A stretch of DNA of 64,000 bases. Origin: the human T2T-CHM13v2.0 reference genome, Homo sapiens. How positions within the stretch are numbered: position 1 is the stretch's first letter; each line of letters begins with the position of its first letter. Location of the stretch: the NCBI RefSeq assembly GCF_009914755.1, contig NC_060928.1; one strand, 5' to 3'. The position numbers and the translations under genes are program-made. Below, piece after piece: positions 1-13,940 of this stretch. The notes under the pieces were generated by a model. That model made no database searches. It had not been told where the DNA came from and saw only the letters and a program-made list of their open reading frames with translations.

Positions 1-425
1 AACAGGTACATGAAAAAATGCTCAACATTGCTAATCATCAGAGAAACACAAATCAAACCCACAATGAGATATCATCTCACCTCAGTTAAGATTTCTATTA
101 CCAAAAAGACAGAAAATAACAGATGCTGGTGAGAGTGCAGAGAGAAGAGAATTCTTATACACTGTTGGTGGAAATGTAAACTAGTGCAGCCATTATGGAA
201 AACGGTATTGAGATTTCTCATAAAACTAAAATAGAACTACTATATGATCCAGCAATCCCACTACTGGATATTTATCCAAAGGAAAAGAAATCACCATGTC
301 AAAGAGATATTTGTACTTGGGTGTTTATCGCAGCACTGTTCACAATAGCCAAGATGTGGAATCAACCTATGTGTCCATCAACAAATGAACGGATAAAGAA
401 AATATGGTATATATATATATATATA

Positions 426-456
<31 letters not shown>

Positions 457-1135
457 TACACAATGGAATACTATTTGGCCATAAAAAGAATGAAATCTTG
501 TCATCTGCAGCAACATGGATGGAATTGGAGGTCATTGTGTTAAATGAAATAAGCCAAGCACAGAAAGACAAAATTAGCCAGGCATGGTGGCTCATGCCTG
601 TAATCCCTGTAATCCCAGTACTTGGGGAGGCAGAGCTGGGAAGATCACTTGAAGCCAGGAATTTGAGACCGGCCTGGGCAACAAAGTGAGACCCCATCTC
701 TACTACTAAAAAAAGAGTAAAGAAGAAAGACAAGTATGTTCTAACTCATATGTGGGAGCTTAAAAAGTTGATCTCATCAATGTAGAGAGTAGAATGACAG
801 ATACTAGAGACTGGGAAGGATGGAGGGGTGTGAGGGGGATTGAAGAGAGGTTGGCTAACAGATATAAACATATAGTTAGATAAATGGTATAAGTTTTATT
901 GTTTAATAGCAGAGCAGAGTGAAGTTAACAACAATCTATTATGTATTTCAAAGTAGCTAGAAAAGAGGACTTGAGTTGTTCTAATACATAGAAATGATAA
1001 ATACTCAAAGGGCTGTATACCTCAAATACCCTGGCTTGATCATTACACATTGTATACATGTAACAAAATATCACATGTATTCCAGAAATATGTAAGATAT
1101 TATGTTTCATTAAAACAACAAAAACAACAACGACA
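1..1135 (+). mobile_element. Old L1 (L1MA-like) ORF2 end + 3'UTR
   Basis: Degenerate ORF2p C-terminus (ELLYDPAIPLLDIYPK...WMELEVIVLNEISQAQKDK), L1MA-type 3'UTR and an A-rich end; (TA)n/(CA)n at ~408-460. Confidence 0.85.
576..723 (+). mobile_element. Alu monomer (FLAM/AluJ left arm) nested in the L1
   Basis: Single Alu arm with A tail; AGAAAGACAA at 562-571 and 724-733 as target-site duplication. Confidence 0.8.
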
Positions 1136-2665
1136 ACAGGGGTCTTCCAGAGGACCTATTCAGCTGTGTGAAGGAGATAAAAGTCTCTGAAACATATCTG
1201 TACACAACTCAGAAATACTATGAAGATGTACATAACCTAATGGAATCTGTCTAGAATAAAAATGTCTACTTTCTTTTGATCGTTCATATGCATTACTTAC
1301 GCAGACAAATACCTTGGTAAGGGGCAAGAGTTGGAGATCCTGGGGGAAGGGTGGTTGTTTGTAGTGGAAGATCAAGTCATTTGGGGGCCATAAGTGATCA
1401 CTGGAACACAGTTTGCAGATGACTTACCAAGGGGCCTACTCTTTAAGCATGACAATGCCGTGTCATTAAGAGTGAAAATTCATTAATTTAACCTGAAACT
1501 CCATGTCTCTTTTTTCTACCTCTGTAGTTCACCTTAGGGGTAGGTGACTCCAGGTGATTTGATAGCAAAATGCAGTCAAAAGCAAAAATTTAGCCATAAC
1601 CTTTACATTTGATTGGCTGAAATGATTGTGTATCATTATTGGTATTTCTAATGTTGGTAATTTTATTGCACCATTGGAAGTATTTCAATCTTTGCATAGT
1701 TAAGCATTTTTGCCTGTTTACAATTGGACATACTATAAGTTATATTCTTTCTCTTTTTCTCTTAACACTCACACATACCCATGTACACACCTGCACACCC
1801 GTACACATGATTTAAGTGATTTAATAGAATTATATTTGAAATAAAAATAACCTCAAAGTGTATTTTAAGTGAAAAAAATTCTAATATATGATATTATTTA
1901 GTAAAATTTGACACATTTTACATATCTATGTTAAAGCATCTGAAAGAGCCTTCACAGAGATTTTTAAGGAAAGTTGTTTATGAATGAGCATGATATGTGT
2001 ATTCTTTACATTATTTTTTCTTGTCCACATTGTCTATTTTTAGTGATATAATAATAAAAAATTAAACAAAACAAAAGAGACAACTAAAGAACATAATGTT
2101 TTAAAAAGTTTGACTTTACCCCTTTTAACATCTCAACTGAAAATTTATCTCCTGACCATCCTAACTGTTAGGCTTGTAAGACACTGTTTTCAGAAGACAG
2201 AAGCATTATTTGTTAATAAGAATGGACAAATACTTAGGTACATCCAAATTTTAGATGTTGAAACTTAAGGTTCTTTGAAATATTTCACTGTTATGATTTT
2301 ATCAGGTTATCAATGAAGGAAATCATAGTATTAATGAAAAACAAAATGAGTAAATTTTAGCATCAGAAAATTATTGAGAGTTTTTTTTTCCTTTGGATAG
2401 AATAATTCTTTTTTGAGTAACAATGTTTGGTATACTCAAAAGGTATGTTTGGGGCACTAAAAATGGCCAAAATAGGAAAGAGAAAAAATACTGATTCAGT
2501 AAAAATACAGATATGCATCTATATTTGGGGAAGAATTATAAGTAAGATATATAATCACATTATATTAAGAAATAAAAGCCATAGTAAAAGAAAGAATGCC
2601 AGACTTTAAATCTGAAATTGTATGTAGCTATTAAATCTGAAGAGTAATAATGTTCTGGTACTTAC

Positions 2666-2787
2666 CAAAAGCTAAAAAGTAAACAAGTAGAGCTATGGTG
2701 ACTGCCAGGATCACTACCCCTGCGACGACAATGAAACATACTACATATGGATTCAGAAATCTTGAAGTCGAAGTTACACGTGCTGGC
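2666..2787 (-). CDS. TMPRSS11D: TMPRSS11D (HAT) exon 2, cytoplasmic tail + transmembrane signal anchor
   Basis: Reverse strand: ttgtaAG|G CCA GCA ... GCT TTT G|GTaagt, 122 nt. Translates (R)PARVTSTSRFLNPYVVCFIVVAGVVILAVTIALLVYFLAF(D), the HAT N-terminus; phase matches exon 1 ATG TAT AG. Confidence 0.97.
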
Positions 2788-3454
2788 CTTACAAGAGAGA
2801 GAGATCAAAGAAAGTCATTCATTTCACTGATTTCATCCATCATTTTAGTGTTCATGATTGTCTTCTGTCTTTCCCGGTCTCTTATCTGGGACATGGCTCT
2901 AGCCATAGAAACATATTCGTAGATATGAAACTGAACTTAACAAGGCTGTCCGTAGTGGTTTTTCTTTCAAGTTTTTTTTTTCAGCACAAAATGAATGAAA
3001 TTCAAGTAGTCTGATGGAAGAAGAGGGAAATCTGACTTATGGTTTGGAGTTGCTTTCCTTTCTGCCAATTGATAAAGTTTTTGAGAATAACAACAAATCA
3101 TTGTCAGTTCTACTGCAATGTCTTCCAAAATTCTATGCTGGACATTACTGTAGTAATCAACCTTGCTTGGGCACCATCCCCAAGGCTGTACTGAAGAGAG
3201 ATCATTTGGGTGGGAAGAAGTGTCGAGGAAGATAAAGAAGCAGGGGTGGGGTGGTGAGGGGGTCAGGACGGTAGCATTTCTCATTGCAAGATTCCCCATA
3301 TTATTAAAAATCGGCAGAGGCATAGAGCTAGGATCGGGGAGAATAGCAAGTAACTGAAATGAAACAGAACTGCTCCAATAGCCAATGATGTATTTGATTT
3401 ATCATATTTTCCCCATGAATTTGTACTAATACATAGTCACACACACTGACACTG

Positions 3455-3620
3455 GGGAAGTCACCAGGGGAGCTGGATGTGAATTCCAGTTTTACCCTTT
3501 GTTTGCTTGGAGGTCATATTGTCATTTATCTGAGATTTTCTTTATCTGAAAAATAGGAATAATAATACCTACCTCAAAAGGCTGTTTTGAAGATTAAGTG
3601 GGTCATGTTACGTGTTATAA
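3455..3620 (+). mobile_element. MIR fragment
   Basis: MIR core-like 'ttatctgaaaaataggaataataatacctacctcaaaaggctgttttgaagattaagtg'. Confidence 0.6.
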
Positions 3621-5629
3621 AGTATATATTTCTAGTTCAATAGGTTATCCACTTGGCTGTGAACACCTTGAAGGTAAAGATAATATTCATGCCTATGTTT
3701 AACATAGGCAAACTGTTTAACACTTTGCAGAATGCTTGGGTGATATAGGTGTTTTGTAAATATTTATGATATTTATAAATATTTATCGCCTGTGTTAATT
3801 CTTGACATGTTTCAGATTTAAAAGCCTCAATAGAGCTGAGAAGCAATTATATGTAGGCATATTCTAATTTTCATATTTTTGTATTTTGTTTTGCCAACAT
3901 TCTGGTATAAGTGAGAAGGGTATGTTCTGAGGGTCAGTGCTGTGGGATACATTTCACTGCAATGTTGCCTGGTATTGTTTGGGCTCTACTCAACTCACAA
4001 GCCTATAATAGGGCACTTCTTGATATTTTGTATTGTGCCACCTGCACATTGTATGCTGTGGCACTGGAACTAGTAACATTTCAGAAGACTGTTGGAAGCA
4101 GACATAGACTTGCCAATTTTCCATTTTGTTGAATAAACACAGGACACTTTATAAAAATTGACCATGTTCAAGCATGATCACTTTTAAAAAGAGCATTTAA
4201 GTATATAACATAGGAAGAAAATAACCTCAGAAAAATTTATTAAATGCTATAACTTTATGATGTCTTTTTGCTATATTTGTCTTATTTGTTCATTTTGCTA
4301 CACTAGTGAAAACTGGCTTTCCCTGACATGGGTTGAGAGTCCAGTGTTCAACAACCACTACTGTAGTAATTTTCTAGTTGAAGAAAACTGTCACTTTGAC
4401 ATTTGCTAACTATTTGAGTTTCAGCTTACCCATTTGTTACCTCATGGGGTTATTGTGCCTGTTACATGCAATCACAAATGCATAGTGTCTGGTATTTGTG
4501 ATTTCAGTAATTAATAGTGGCTGCTGAGTAGTGAAAGAGTTAAAAATAGACAGAGTTGGAGGCAAATGTAACTCCAAAGGCTAAAGAAATCTCAAATTGT
4601 TCCTTTCTGCAACAATTAGGGATTGATTTTGTTTCCAGAGATGAGCTGATATGTCAGGATCTGTAAGCGTGGAGTGAGAAGAACTGTAAAGAAGGATTAA
4701 GTTGGAGGCTAAAATCTCCAAAAAAAGAAATCAAAAGGCTAGAGTCAATATGTGCTTTAACTTGGATGAGCCTCCCACGGGAATAACATTACAGCCAATT
4801 TTGCTTTCAGTTCACGAAAAACGTCTTGAACTCAATAACTGAAAAGCACCATGAGACATATGACTCAACAAACAAAGGGTGTGGAGCCCAAATTACCTTA
4901 CGCTCACAAGCCATAACTAATTACATAAGAATGAATTGTTCCACCCTATAGAAACAGCTGAGGAAATAGCATGTTTCAACTTTCAATAGCATGTTCAACT
5001 TCTAGTTGAACCTCTGAACGTTGCTAACACAAACTAAATTGTGTATAATATTTACTCTAAATATGTTTGTAAACACTGAATTTTCATTCATAATGCAATG
5101 GAAATCTGTGAAAGAAAATATATTGCTTTTAAAGCAGGGTCTTGGTCAGTTAGATTTTTAGTACTTGCATTTAAAACAGCAAAGCAAATATTCTATTGTG
5201 ACCCATTTACCCAGTTTCCCTCTCACTCTTTCTCTTTTTTATTGACTTGAAAAAATTGCATGAGGGTGGAAAATTTATCTTTTTATACTTTTATTGTGAA
5301 AGCCTATCTGCCAGGCATTGTACATGTACGTTGTCAATCTTCATGATCTTTTCATAGCTTTGTAAATTCTGTATTACGATTGCATTTTAAATATAGGAAA
5401 GGTGAGACTCAGAGAGTGAATAACTTATGTTTATTCAGGAGTGACAGAGCTGGAAACAGAAACCAGGTAAGTTTGAATAAAGACACATGAACTTCCGCTC
5501 ACATACACTTTGTCCCTAAGTACATTGCTTCACACTACAGAGAATGGAAAAGCTTTGGGTTTCACGTCTCTCCTGACCTCACTTGGGGGAAGCAAAGGGA
5601 ATCAATAGCTATTAATAATATATTTCTTA

Positions 5630-6500
5630 AGATATATCTTCAGCCCAGACCTCTCTCTTTGAACTGCACATCATCATTTCCAATTACTAATTGAACGTGT
5701 TATGGGTGCTTTACAACCACCTTAAATAGAAAAGTTCAAAACCACAATAGCGAAGACTTGGAACCAACCCAAATGTCCAACAATGATAGACTGGATTAAG
5801 AAAATGTGGCACATATACACCATGGAATACTATGCAGCCATAAAAATTGATGAGTTCATGTCCTTTGTAGGGACATAGATGAAGCTGGAAACCATCATTC
5901 TCAGCAAACTATCGCAAGGACAAAAAACCAAACACCGCATGTTCTCGCTCATAGGTGGGAATTGAACAATGAGAACACTTGGACACAGGGAGGGGAACAT
6001 CACACACCGGGGACTGTTGTGGGGTGGGGGAGAGGGGAGGGATAGCATTAGGAGATATACCTAATGTAAATGACGAGTTAATGGGTGCAGCACACCAACA
6101 TGGCACATGCATACATATGTAACAAAGCTGCACGTTACCCTAGAACTTAAAGTATAATAAAAAAATATATATAAAATAATAATAAAAAAATAAAAATAAA
6201 AAAAGGAAGTCACAGCAGCAAACTTAGATCTCAGTACAACTCATAACTCTTATGCTCAAACCATGACCTTGGGCAACTACACTGTGTCTTTAATTAATAC
6301 ATGTAAAAACTGATCAGAATGGAGCTCAGAACCTGATATACATGCAATAGCTGTTGGTTATTATTATTGCCAGTCATAGTGTTGGCAATTATGTCTCAAT
6401 TTCCTTTTCTAACAAATAGAAAACCAAAACTGGTCTTGCTCAAAAAAAAAAAAAAAAAAGAAAAGAAAAGTTCAAAACCGAACGTGGTATTTTTTCTCCC
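5630..6500 (+). mobile_element. L2 fragment interrupted by the L1PA insertion
   Basis: 'cagcccagacctctctctttgaactgca...' L2-like sequence runs to 5743 and resumes after 6479 ('gaacgtggtattttttctccc'). Confidence 0.6.
5744..6463 (+). mobile_element. 5'-truncated L1PA (about PA4-PA5) 3' end with 3' transduction
   Basis: L1 ORF2 end/3'UTR 5744-~6160 (GAG diagnostic), A-rich tail to 6204, non-L1 6205-6441, second poly(A) 6442-6459; 16 bp TSD AGAAAAGTTCAAAACC at 5728-5743 and 6464-6479. Confidence 0.92.
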
Positions 6501-6734
6501 ATTGGACTATAGTGTTTGAGGATATGCCCAGGGTTGTATTAAAGAATTTTTCTGCAAGACATTTTTTCCAATTAAAACATGATCATTTCTTATTTATTTA
6601 AAATTTCCTTTGTTCTGATATCAGTCATGTCTTTCAAATGAAGGAAATGAGATATGAAAGATTTCTTTAATTGATTTTAAACTTCTAAGCACAGTGTTTA
6701 ATTCCTACATCATAAAACACTTCTAAGGGGATGT

Positions 6735-7150
6735 GAAAAGGGAACTAGACTAGAGCTAGGAGATGTGGATTCAAGTACTCTTTCTGTCAAATATCAGCTA
6801 TGTGATCTCACATTAATCGTAACTATTTTAAGCTTCAGATTTCAAAAAATTTAAATGATAAAGACAATACCTTCCTCATAATTTGATTTTTTAAAATAAA
6901 ATAAAATGGTGTATATACCAATGATTTGTAAACTGGAATTTAAGGTATTATTATAGAGGCAACTGAAGTATAACAGCAAGATACCTAGAACTGAAGATTT
7001 TTCTGCCAGTAACTGTTGTATGAGCTTGGATGAGTCCTTTTAACATTGTGGAATCTTAGTCCCCCTGCGACATGTTGGTGATAACAACAGTTATTGTACA
7101 GTATATGTTGTGAGAATTAGAGCAGATGGCATGCATGCTGTATAAACTAT
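6735..7150 (+). mobile_element. MIR fragments
   Basis: MIR-like 'actagactagagctaggagatgtggattcaagt...agctatgtgatct' and 'gcttggatgagtccttttaac...tgttgtgagaattagag'. Confidence 0.5.
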
Positions 7151-7477
7151 AAAGGGCTAAATAACCATAAAAAACTTTAGAGAAAAATAAATTTTTAATT
7201 AATTAGTTTAATTTATTTATTACTATTTTTATTTAAACTTACACTATCAAGAGAAAAAAGCGCATTTCTTTAAAGTATTCAGTATTACCTGTTTACCGAT
7301 TTACCTATTTCACTTTTTCTCCACACTTTTTATTTTGCTCTATATCATTCTTATCACACAGGTAACTTTATAGTAAAGAAGAGGAATGTGTTGACACCTA
7401 TCTCCATTGAGGTACTTTTGGAGTACAAGAGTCAATACTAGTTTTCTATTCTTCTGTAGTAATTAATTTCTTAACTC

Positions 7478-10400
7478 TCTAGACTGGCTCTGCAAGAAAT
7501 GCTCAAAGGAATTCTAAACATGGGAATGAAAGATCGATACTCACCTATCATAAAAATACATGAAAGTATAAAACTCACTTGTCTTATAAAACAAAGAAAT
7601 GAGAAAGAGAAAGAAACAAAATGGCAATATGACAGAACTCCACCAAACCATGGGGCTTATAAAACAATTACAGAAATGACAGAAAAGAAATAAAATGGCT
7701 GCATGACAGAACTCCTCCAACTATATGCTGCTTATAAAAAACTTAACTTACTGATAAAGGCACTTATAGACTAAAGGCAGAGGTATAGAAAAATATATTC
7801 CACACAGATGAAAACCAAAAGAGAATAGAAGTAGCTATGTTTATATCAGATAAAACAAGGTTTAAATCAACAGTAGTAAAAAAAGACAAAGAAAGTTATT
7901 ACATGATAACAGAATCGACTCAACAAGAAGACATAACAATCCTAAATGTATACATATCCAACACTAGAGCACCCATATTCATAAAACAAATATTACCACA
8001 CTTAAGAGATAGATAGGAATACAATAATGATGGAGAACTTCAACACCCCCATTGACAGTACTAGACAGATCATCGAGACAGAAAATCAACAAAGAAACAC
8101 TGGACTTAAATTGGACTTAGACCAAATGGACCTAATAGACATTTACAGAAAATTCTGCCCAACTATCACAGAATATACATTTTTATCAGTACATGGAACA
8201 TTCTCCAAGATAGATCATATATTAGGCCACAAAACAAGTCTGAAGAAACTTTAAAAAATCAAAATCATATTTGATATATTCTCAAATTACAATGGTCTAC
8301 AACTAGAAATCAATACCAGGAGGAACTCTTAAAACTATATAAAAACATGAAAAAAAAACCCAACATGCTCCTGAATGATCTTTGGGTCAATAACAAAATA
8401 AAGAGGGGATTTAAAAAAATTTTGAAATGAATGAAAATGGAGACAAAACATACCAAACCCTCTAAAATATAGCAAAAACAGTGCTAAGAGGGAATTTTAT
8501 ATCATTAAATCCCAATGATGTACCTTAAGGAACTAGAAAAACAAGAACAAACCAAACTCTAAACTAGCAGAAGAAAATAAATAACAATGATCAGAGCAGA
8601 ACTAAATAAAATTTAGACCAAAAAATTACAAAGGATCAATGAAAGAAAAAGTTGGTTACTTGAAAAGATAAAGAAAATTGATAGACCGCTACCTAGACTA
8701 GCCAAGAAAAAAAGTGCAGATTCAAATAAACAAAATCAGAAATGAAAAAGGAAACTACAATGATATAGAAATACAAGAACCATTAGACACTACTATGAAC
8801 AACTCTATGCTCACAAACTAGAAAACCTAGAGGAAATCAATAAATTCCTGGAAACATGTAACCAGGTAGAAATCTACCAGGTTTAATTTACAGATTAAAC
8901 CAGGCAAAAATAGAAATCCCAAACAGACCAATAATGAGTAGTACAATTGAATAAGAAAAAAAACATCTTTCAACAACAACAAAAATCCCAGGACCAGATG
9001 CATTCACAGCCAAACTCTACAAGATGTATAAAGAAAAACTGATGCCAATCCTAATGAAATTGTTCCAAAATATTGAGGAGGAGGGAATCTTTCCGAACTC
9101 ATTCTATGACTCCAGTATTACCCTGATACCAGAATGAGACAAGGGCACACACACAAGAAGGGAAAACTGTAGGTCAAAATCCTTGATGAACACTACATAA
9201 AAATCCTCAACAAAATACTAGAAAACTGAATCCAACAGCACATCAAAATGGTAATATGCCATGGTCAACTGGGTTTTATTCCAGGGATGCAAGTATGATT
9301 CAACATACACAAATTGATAAATGTGATTCACCACATAAACAGAATTAAAAACAAAACCATATGATCATCTCAATAGATACAGAAAAGGTATTTGATAAAA
9401 TTTAGCATCCTTCCATGATAAAAACCCTTACAAACTAGGCATAAAGGGAGCATACCTCAAAACAATAAAAGCTATATATGATAAACCCACAGCTAACATC
9501 ATACTGTACAGGGAAAAGTTGAAAGCATTCCACCGAAGAATTGGAACAAGGCAAGGATGACCACTTTCATCACGTCTATTAAACACATTATGTGAAGTCG
9601 TAAAGAGCTATCAGGCAAGAGAAAAAATAAGATATCCAACTTGGAAAAGAGGAAGTCAAATTATCTCTACTGACAATATGATCTTATACCTAGAAAATCC
9701 TAAGACTCCTCCAAAAGACTCCTAGATTTGATAAATGACTTCAGGAATGTCTCGGGATACAAAATCAATGTACAAAAATCAGTAGCATTTTTATACATCA
9801 ATAATGACCAAGCTGAGAACCAAATCAAGAAGTCAATCCTATTTATAATAGATTAAAAAATAAAATATATCGGAATATATTTAACCAAGGAAGTAAAAGA
9901 TCTCTACAAGGAAAATTAAAAAACACTGATAAAAGAAATGGAGATGATACAAACAAATGGAAAACCATCCCATGCTCACGCATCGGAAGAATCAATGTCA
10001 TTAAAATGACCATACTTCTCAAAGCAATCTACAAATTCAATTAAATCCCTATCACAATACCAATGTCATTTTTCACAGAATTAGAAAAAAAATCCTAAAA
10101 TTCATATAAAACCAAAAAAAGGGCCAAAGAGCCAAAGCAATTCTAAGCAAAAAGAGCAAAGCTGGAGGTATCATATGACATGACTTCAAATTATACTACA
10201 AAGCTATAGTAACCAAAACAGCATCATACTGGCATAAAAATAAACACATAGATCAATGAAACAGAATAGAGAACCCAGAAATAAAGCCACTTACCTACAG
10301 CCAACGGACCTTTGACAAAGTCGACAAAAACATACACTGGGGAAAGGACACCCCATTTAATAAATGGTGGTGGTAAAATTGGACTGCTGTATATCAAAGA

Positions 10401-11560
10401 ATAAAATTGGACCTCTATCTCTCACCATATGTAAAAATTAAGTCAAGATGGATTAAAGACTTAAATTTATGATCTGAAACTATTAAAATGCTAGAAGAAG
10501 ATGTAGGGAAAACTTTTGGACATTAACCTAGGCAAAGAATTTATGACGAAGTCCTCAAAAGCAAATGCAACAAAATAAAAATAGACAAATGATACTTACT
10601 TAAACTAAAAAGCTTCTGCACAGCAAAAGAAATAATCAGCAGAGTGAACAGACAACCTGAAAATGGGAGAAAATATTTGCAAGCTATGCATCTTACAAAA
10701 CACTAATGTCTAGAATCTATAAGGAACTCAAATAACAACAGCAAAATAACACAATAACCCCCTTAAAGAGTGGGCTAAGGACATGAATAGACATTTCTCA
10801 AGAGACATACAAATAGCCACAAACAAATGAAAAAAATGCTCAATATCACTAATCAGAGAAGTGCAAATTAAAACCACGATGAGATAAACTGTTACACCAG
10901 TTGGAATGGTTATTAGAAAGTCAAGGTATAACATGTTGGTGAGGATGCAGAGAAAAGGGAACACTTACACACTTTTGGTGGAAAAGTAAATTAGTAAAAC
11001 CTCTATGAAAAACAATGTGGAGACTTCTCAAATAATTAAAAATAGAACTACCCTTTGATCCAGCAATCCAACTATTGGGTATCTACCCAAAGGAAAAGAA
11101 ATTATATCAAAAATTACCTGTACTCATATGTTTATTGCAGCACTATTTATAATAGCAAAGATGTGTATTAAACCTAAGTGTCTATCAACAGATCACTAGA
11201 TAGAGAAATATATATATATATGAATACTACTCAACCATAAAAGGAATAAAATCATGTCTTTTACAGCAATATGGATGGAACTGGAGGCTATTATCTTAGG
11301 TGAAACAACTCAGAAACAAAAAGTCAAATATTGCATGTTCTCACTTATACATGGGAGCTAAATAATGTGCACGCATGGACAGAGAGAGTAGAATAATGGA
11401 GACATGAAAGAGTGGGAGGGGAAAGAAGGATGAGAAATTACTTAATGTGTACAGTGTATCCTATTCAGGTGATGGCTACACTAAAAGCCCAGACTTCATA
11501 ACAGTGCAATACCTCCATGTAACAAAACTGCACTACTACCCCTTAAAACTATTATAAAAA
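7478..11560 (+). mobile_element. Old L1 (L1PB4/L1MA1-like), end of ORF1 through disrupted ORF2 and 3'UTR
   Basis: EN and RT motifs with many stops/frameshifts (e.g. HGTFSKIDHILGHKTSL); 3' end 'tacactaaaagcccagacttc...aacaaaactgcact'; possible decayed TSD aatttcttaactc/aattccttcactc. Confidence 0.9.
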
Positions 11561-11599
11561 TTCCTTCACTCGGAGGAGGGAGGAGGAAATGCCACCAAT

Positions 11600-12350
11600 C
11601 TTCATAGAACATGTGACATGTGAGCTATGCCTTGAAAGACGGGTAGGCCCTCTGGGTAAATGAAGAAACGGGAACAGAAGAGGTAGAAGTGCAAAGTATG
11701 TTTGGCGAAAAGTAGTTGGCCCAGTGTGGTGGTTATAGGAAAGCAGATGGAAAATAATCTAGAAAAATAAGTCTGGTCAAGATTATAGAAGACTTTGTGA
11801 GTAATGGGTTTGGACTCTTTCTTGGCTTTAGGGTATCAATGAGCTTTTTGAAATGAGAAGTTAAAGAAAGCAGCAGTGTTTTAGAAAGGTTAATCTGGTG
11901 GCCCAGTTGGGCTGCAAGAGGCGGGAGTTATGAGGCAGGAGGTCTCATTGTGCAGACAAATTTATTAGTCCAGTAATGGGATATGAAGTGCTAAGGGCCA
12001 TGTAGGGGCTATGTGTGTGGAAAAGAAAGGTTTGAGGAAAATATTGAAGATGAAAAATTAGAACCATTCCCTGCTAGAGAATTCAGTGCCAAGGGCAAGA
12101 GTGGAAGTCCAAGATGAAACTTTGAAGATTGAGCTTGCGTGACTGGGGATTTAGTTATACTCGTCACATGACTAGACAATTTGAGTTGTTTTGAGATGTT
12201 CTAATAATAATTTTCACTTCAGTAACTGTTAGTATTTTTGTGTTAATTCCCAGCAGTCAGCTGTTAAGATGGGTCTTGGCTGAGCAAAGGTCTTGGGACT
12301 GGAAGTGTTCTTTTTGAAGTCATTATCTTAGAGGTAGTATTTGAAGCTCT
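11600..12350 (-). mobile_element. L2 fragments
   Basis: Purine-rich L2 antisense-type sequence ('gagctatgccttgaaagacgggtagg', 'ggtcaagattatagaagactttg'). Confidence 0.5.
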
Positions 12351-13644
12351 GAAAAAGAGTATTGGAAACCACTCATTTCACTGCCTTTGGATTAAAAAAT
12401 ACAGGCCTACAATATAAATCTCTAGGCATATATGTAGACACACATGAATTTGATATAATAAAGAATTTCCCATTACTATAGCCTTAGGTATCTAGTAATA
12501 AGAAGAAACAACTGGCAATTATGATTACCTATACGCTATATAATTTATAATAATGTATGTAACCTATAATATATATGCAATATTACAAGTATATAATTTA
12601 GGCAGCTATCAATTAATATTTATAATCATATGATCATACCATTACCATAAGTGAAATAATTTTACATGTGAGACTAAAAACACAGACAGTGATTTATGAC
12701 CGAGGGAAAATGAAACTTTACTGTGGCTTACAAATAGAAAAGAAGGAAATATGAAATTTGGTCTGTACTTCATTTACTAGCATATGCTAATTCTTCAAGA
12801 GTTACTAATAATGAATGAAAACAACATAAATAATTACTCATGCTGGCTGCTTGGGTGTGTGGTTATTTAATAAGTTGGTAGAAGGACCACACCTATTACA
12901 TTAAGCCATCAATCAGTAGCTGGTTATTTTAGGTACTTACGACATGGTATAATGAGACCAAGGTCAAAGGTTTAATTTTGTATAGATCTTCCCCATTAGT
13001 TCACAGATATAGGCTCAGCCCTTATTCTTATTTGCTATTTTGCAAATCTGTGCTCCTTTTTTTAGCAAACACCCTCCCCTGCCAAAAATGGAAGGAAGTC
13101 TCTAATTAAAAAAGATGGTTTTGGCACAAGCTACCCTACCTGTGGTGCTACACTGATCACCCACTAAGGACTTCATGCTCAGTTTCATACGCTTTTCTTG
13201 TGTGTGGCAATATCGTTTTTGCATATTTTAAGATTTTCTAGAATATTTAAAGTAAAATTTTTATAGTGAACATGTTTATTAGACATCCAGGATAACCATG
13301 GGTATTTATCTTGTAATATTTTGCCTCTTAATTTCTTGGTACTGCATCAAGACACTACTTCCAGGAATTTCTAATGTGGTTCCATATCTCGTTAAGTCTC
13401 TGACTTTATGTCTAACTTCACTCTACCTCCATATCCTATTCCAGACATCCTGGCCTCTCTGCCGCTCCTCAAGCACAATAGGCCCTCTCTACCTCTGGGA
13501 CTTTGTGCTTGCTCTTCCGTCTGCCTGGAACACTCTTACCTCAGGTTTTCACAGGGCTTGCTCCCTGGCCTCTTGTATGTCTTTGCTCAATTGATGTCTT
13601 CTCAGTGAGACCTTGCTGACTACTCTATTAAAAATTGCACCTCC

Positions 13645-13940
13645 GGCCGGGCGCGGTGGCCCACGCCTGTAATCCCAGCACTTGGGGAGGCTGAGGCGGG
13701 CGGATCACGAGGTCAGGAGATCGAGACCATCCTGGCTAACATGGTGAAACCCAGTCTCTACTAAAAATACAAAAAATTAGCCGGGCGTGGTGGTGGGCGC
13801 CTATAGTCCCAGCTACTCAGGAGGCTGAGGCAGGAGACTGGCGTGAACCCGGGAGGCGGAGGCTTGCAGTGAGCGGAGATGGCGCCACTGCATTCCAGCT
13901 TGGGTAATAGAGCCAGACCCTGTCTCAAAAAAAAAAAAAA
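13645..13940 (+). mobile_element. AluY
   Basis: AluY diagnostics (gatcgagaccatcctggctaac, ggcgtgaacccgggagg); 15 bp TSD AAAAATTGCACCTCC at 13630-13644 and 13941-13955; sits inside an L2 (~13400-14100). Confidence 0.95.

Noticed and set aside
195-733. Overlapping 164 aa and 123 aa ORFs
   Set aside because: L1 ORF2 tail + microsatellite + Alu translation artefacts
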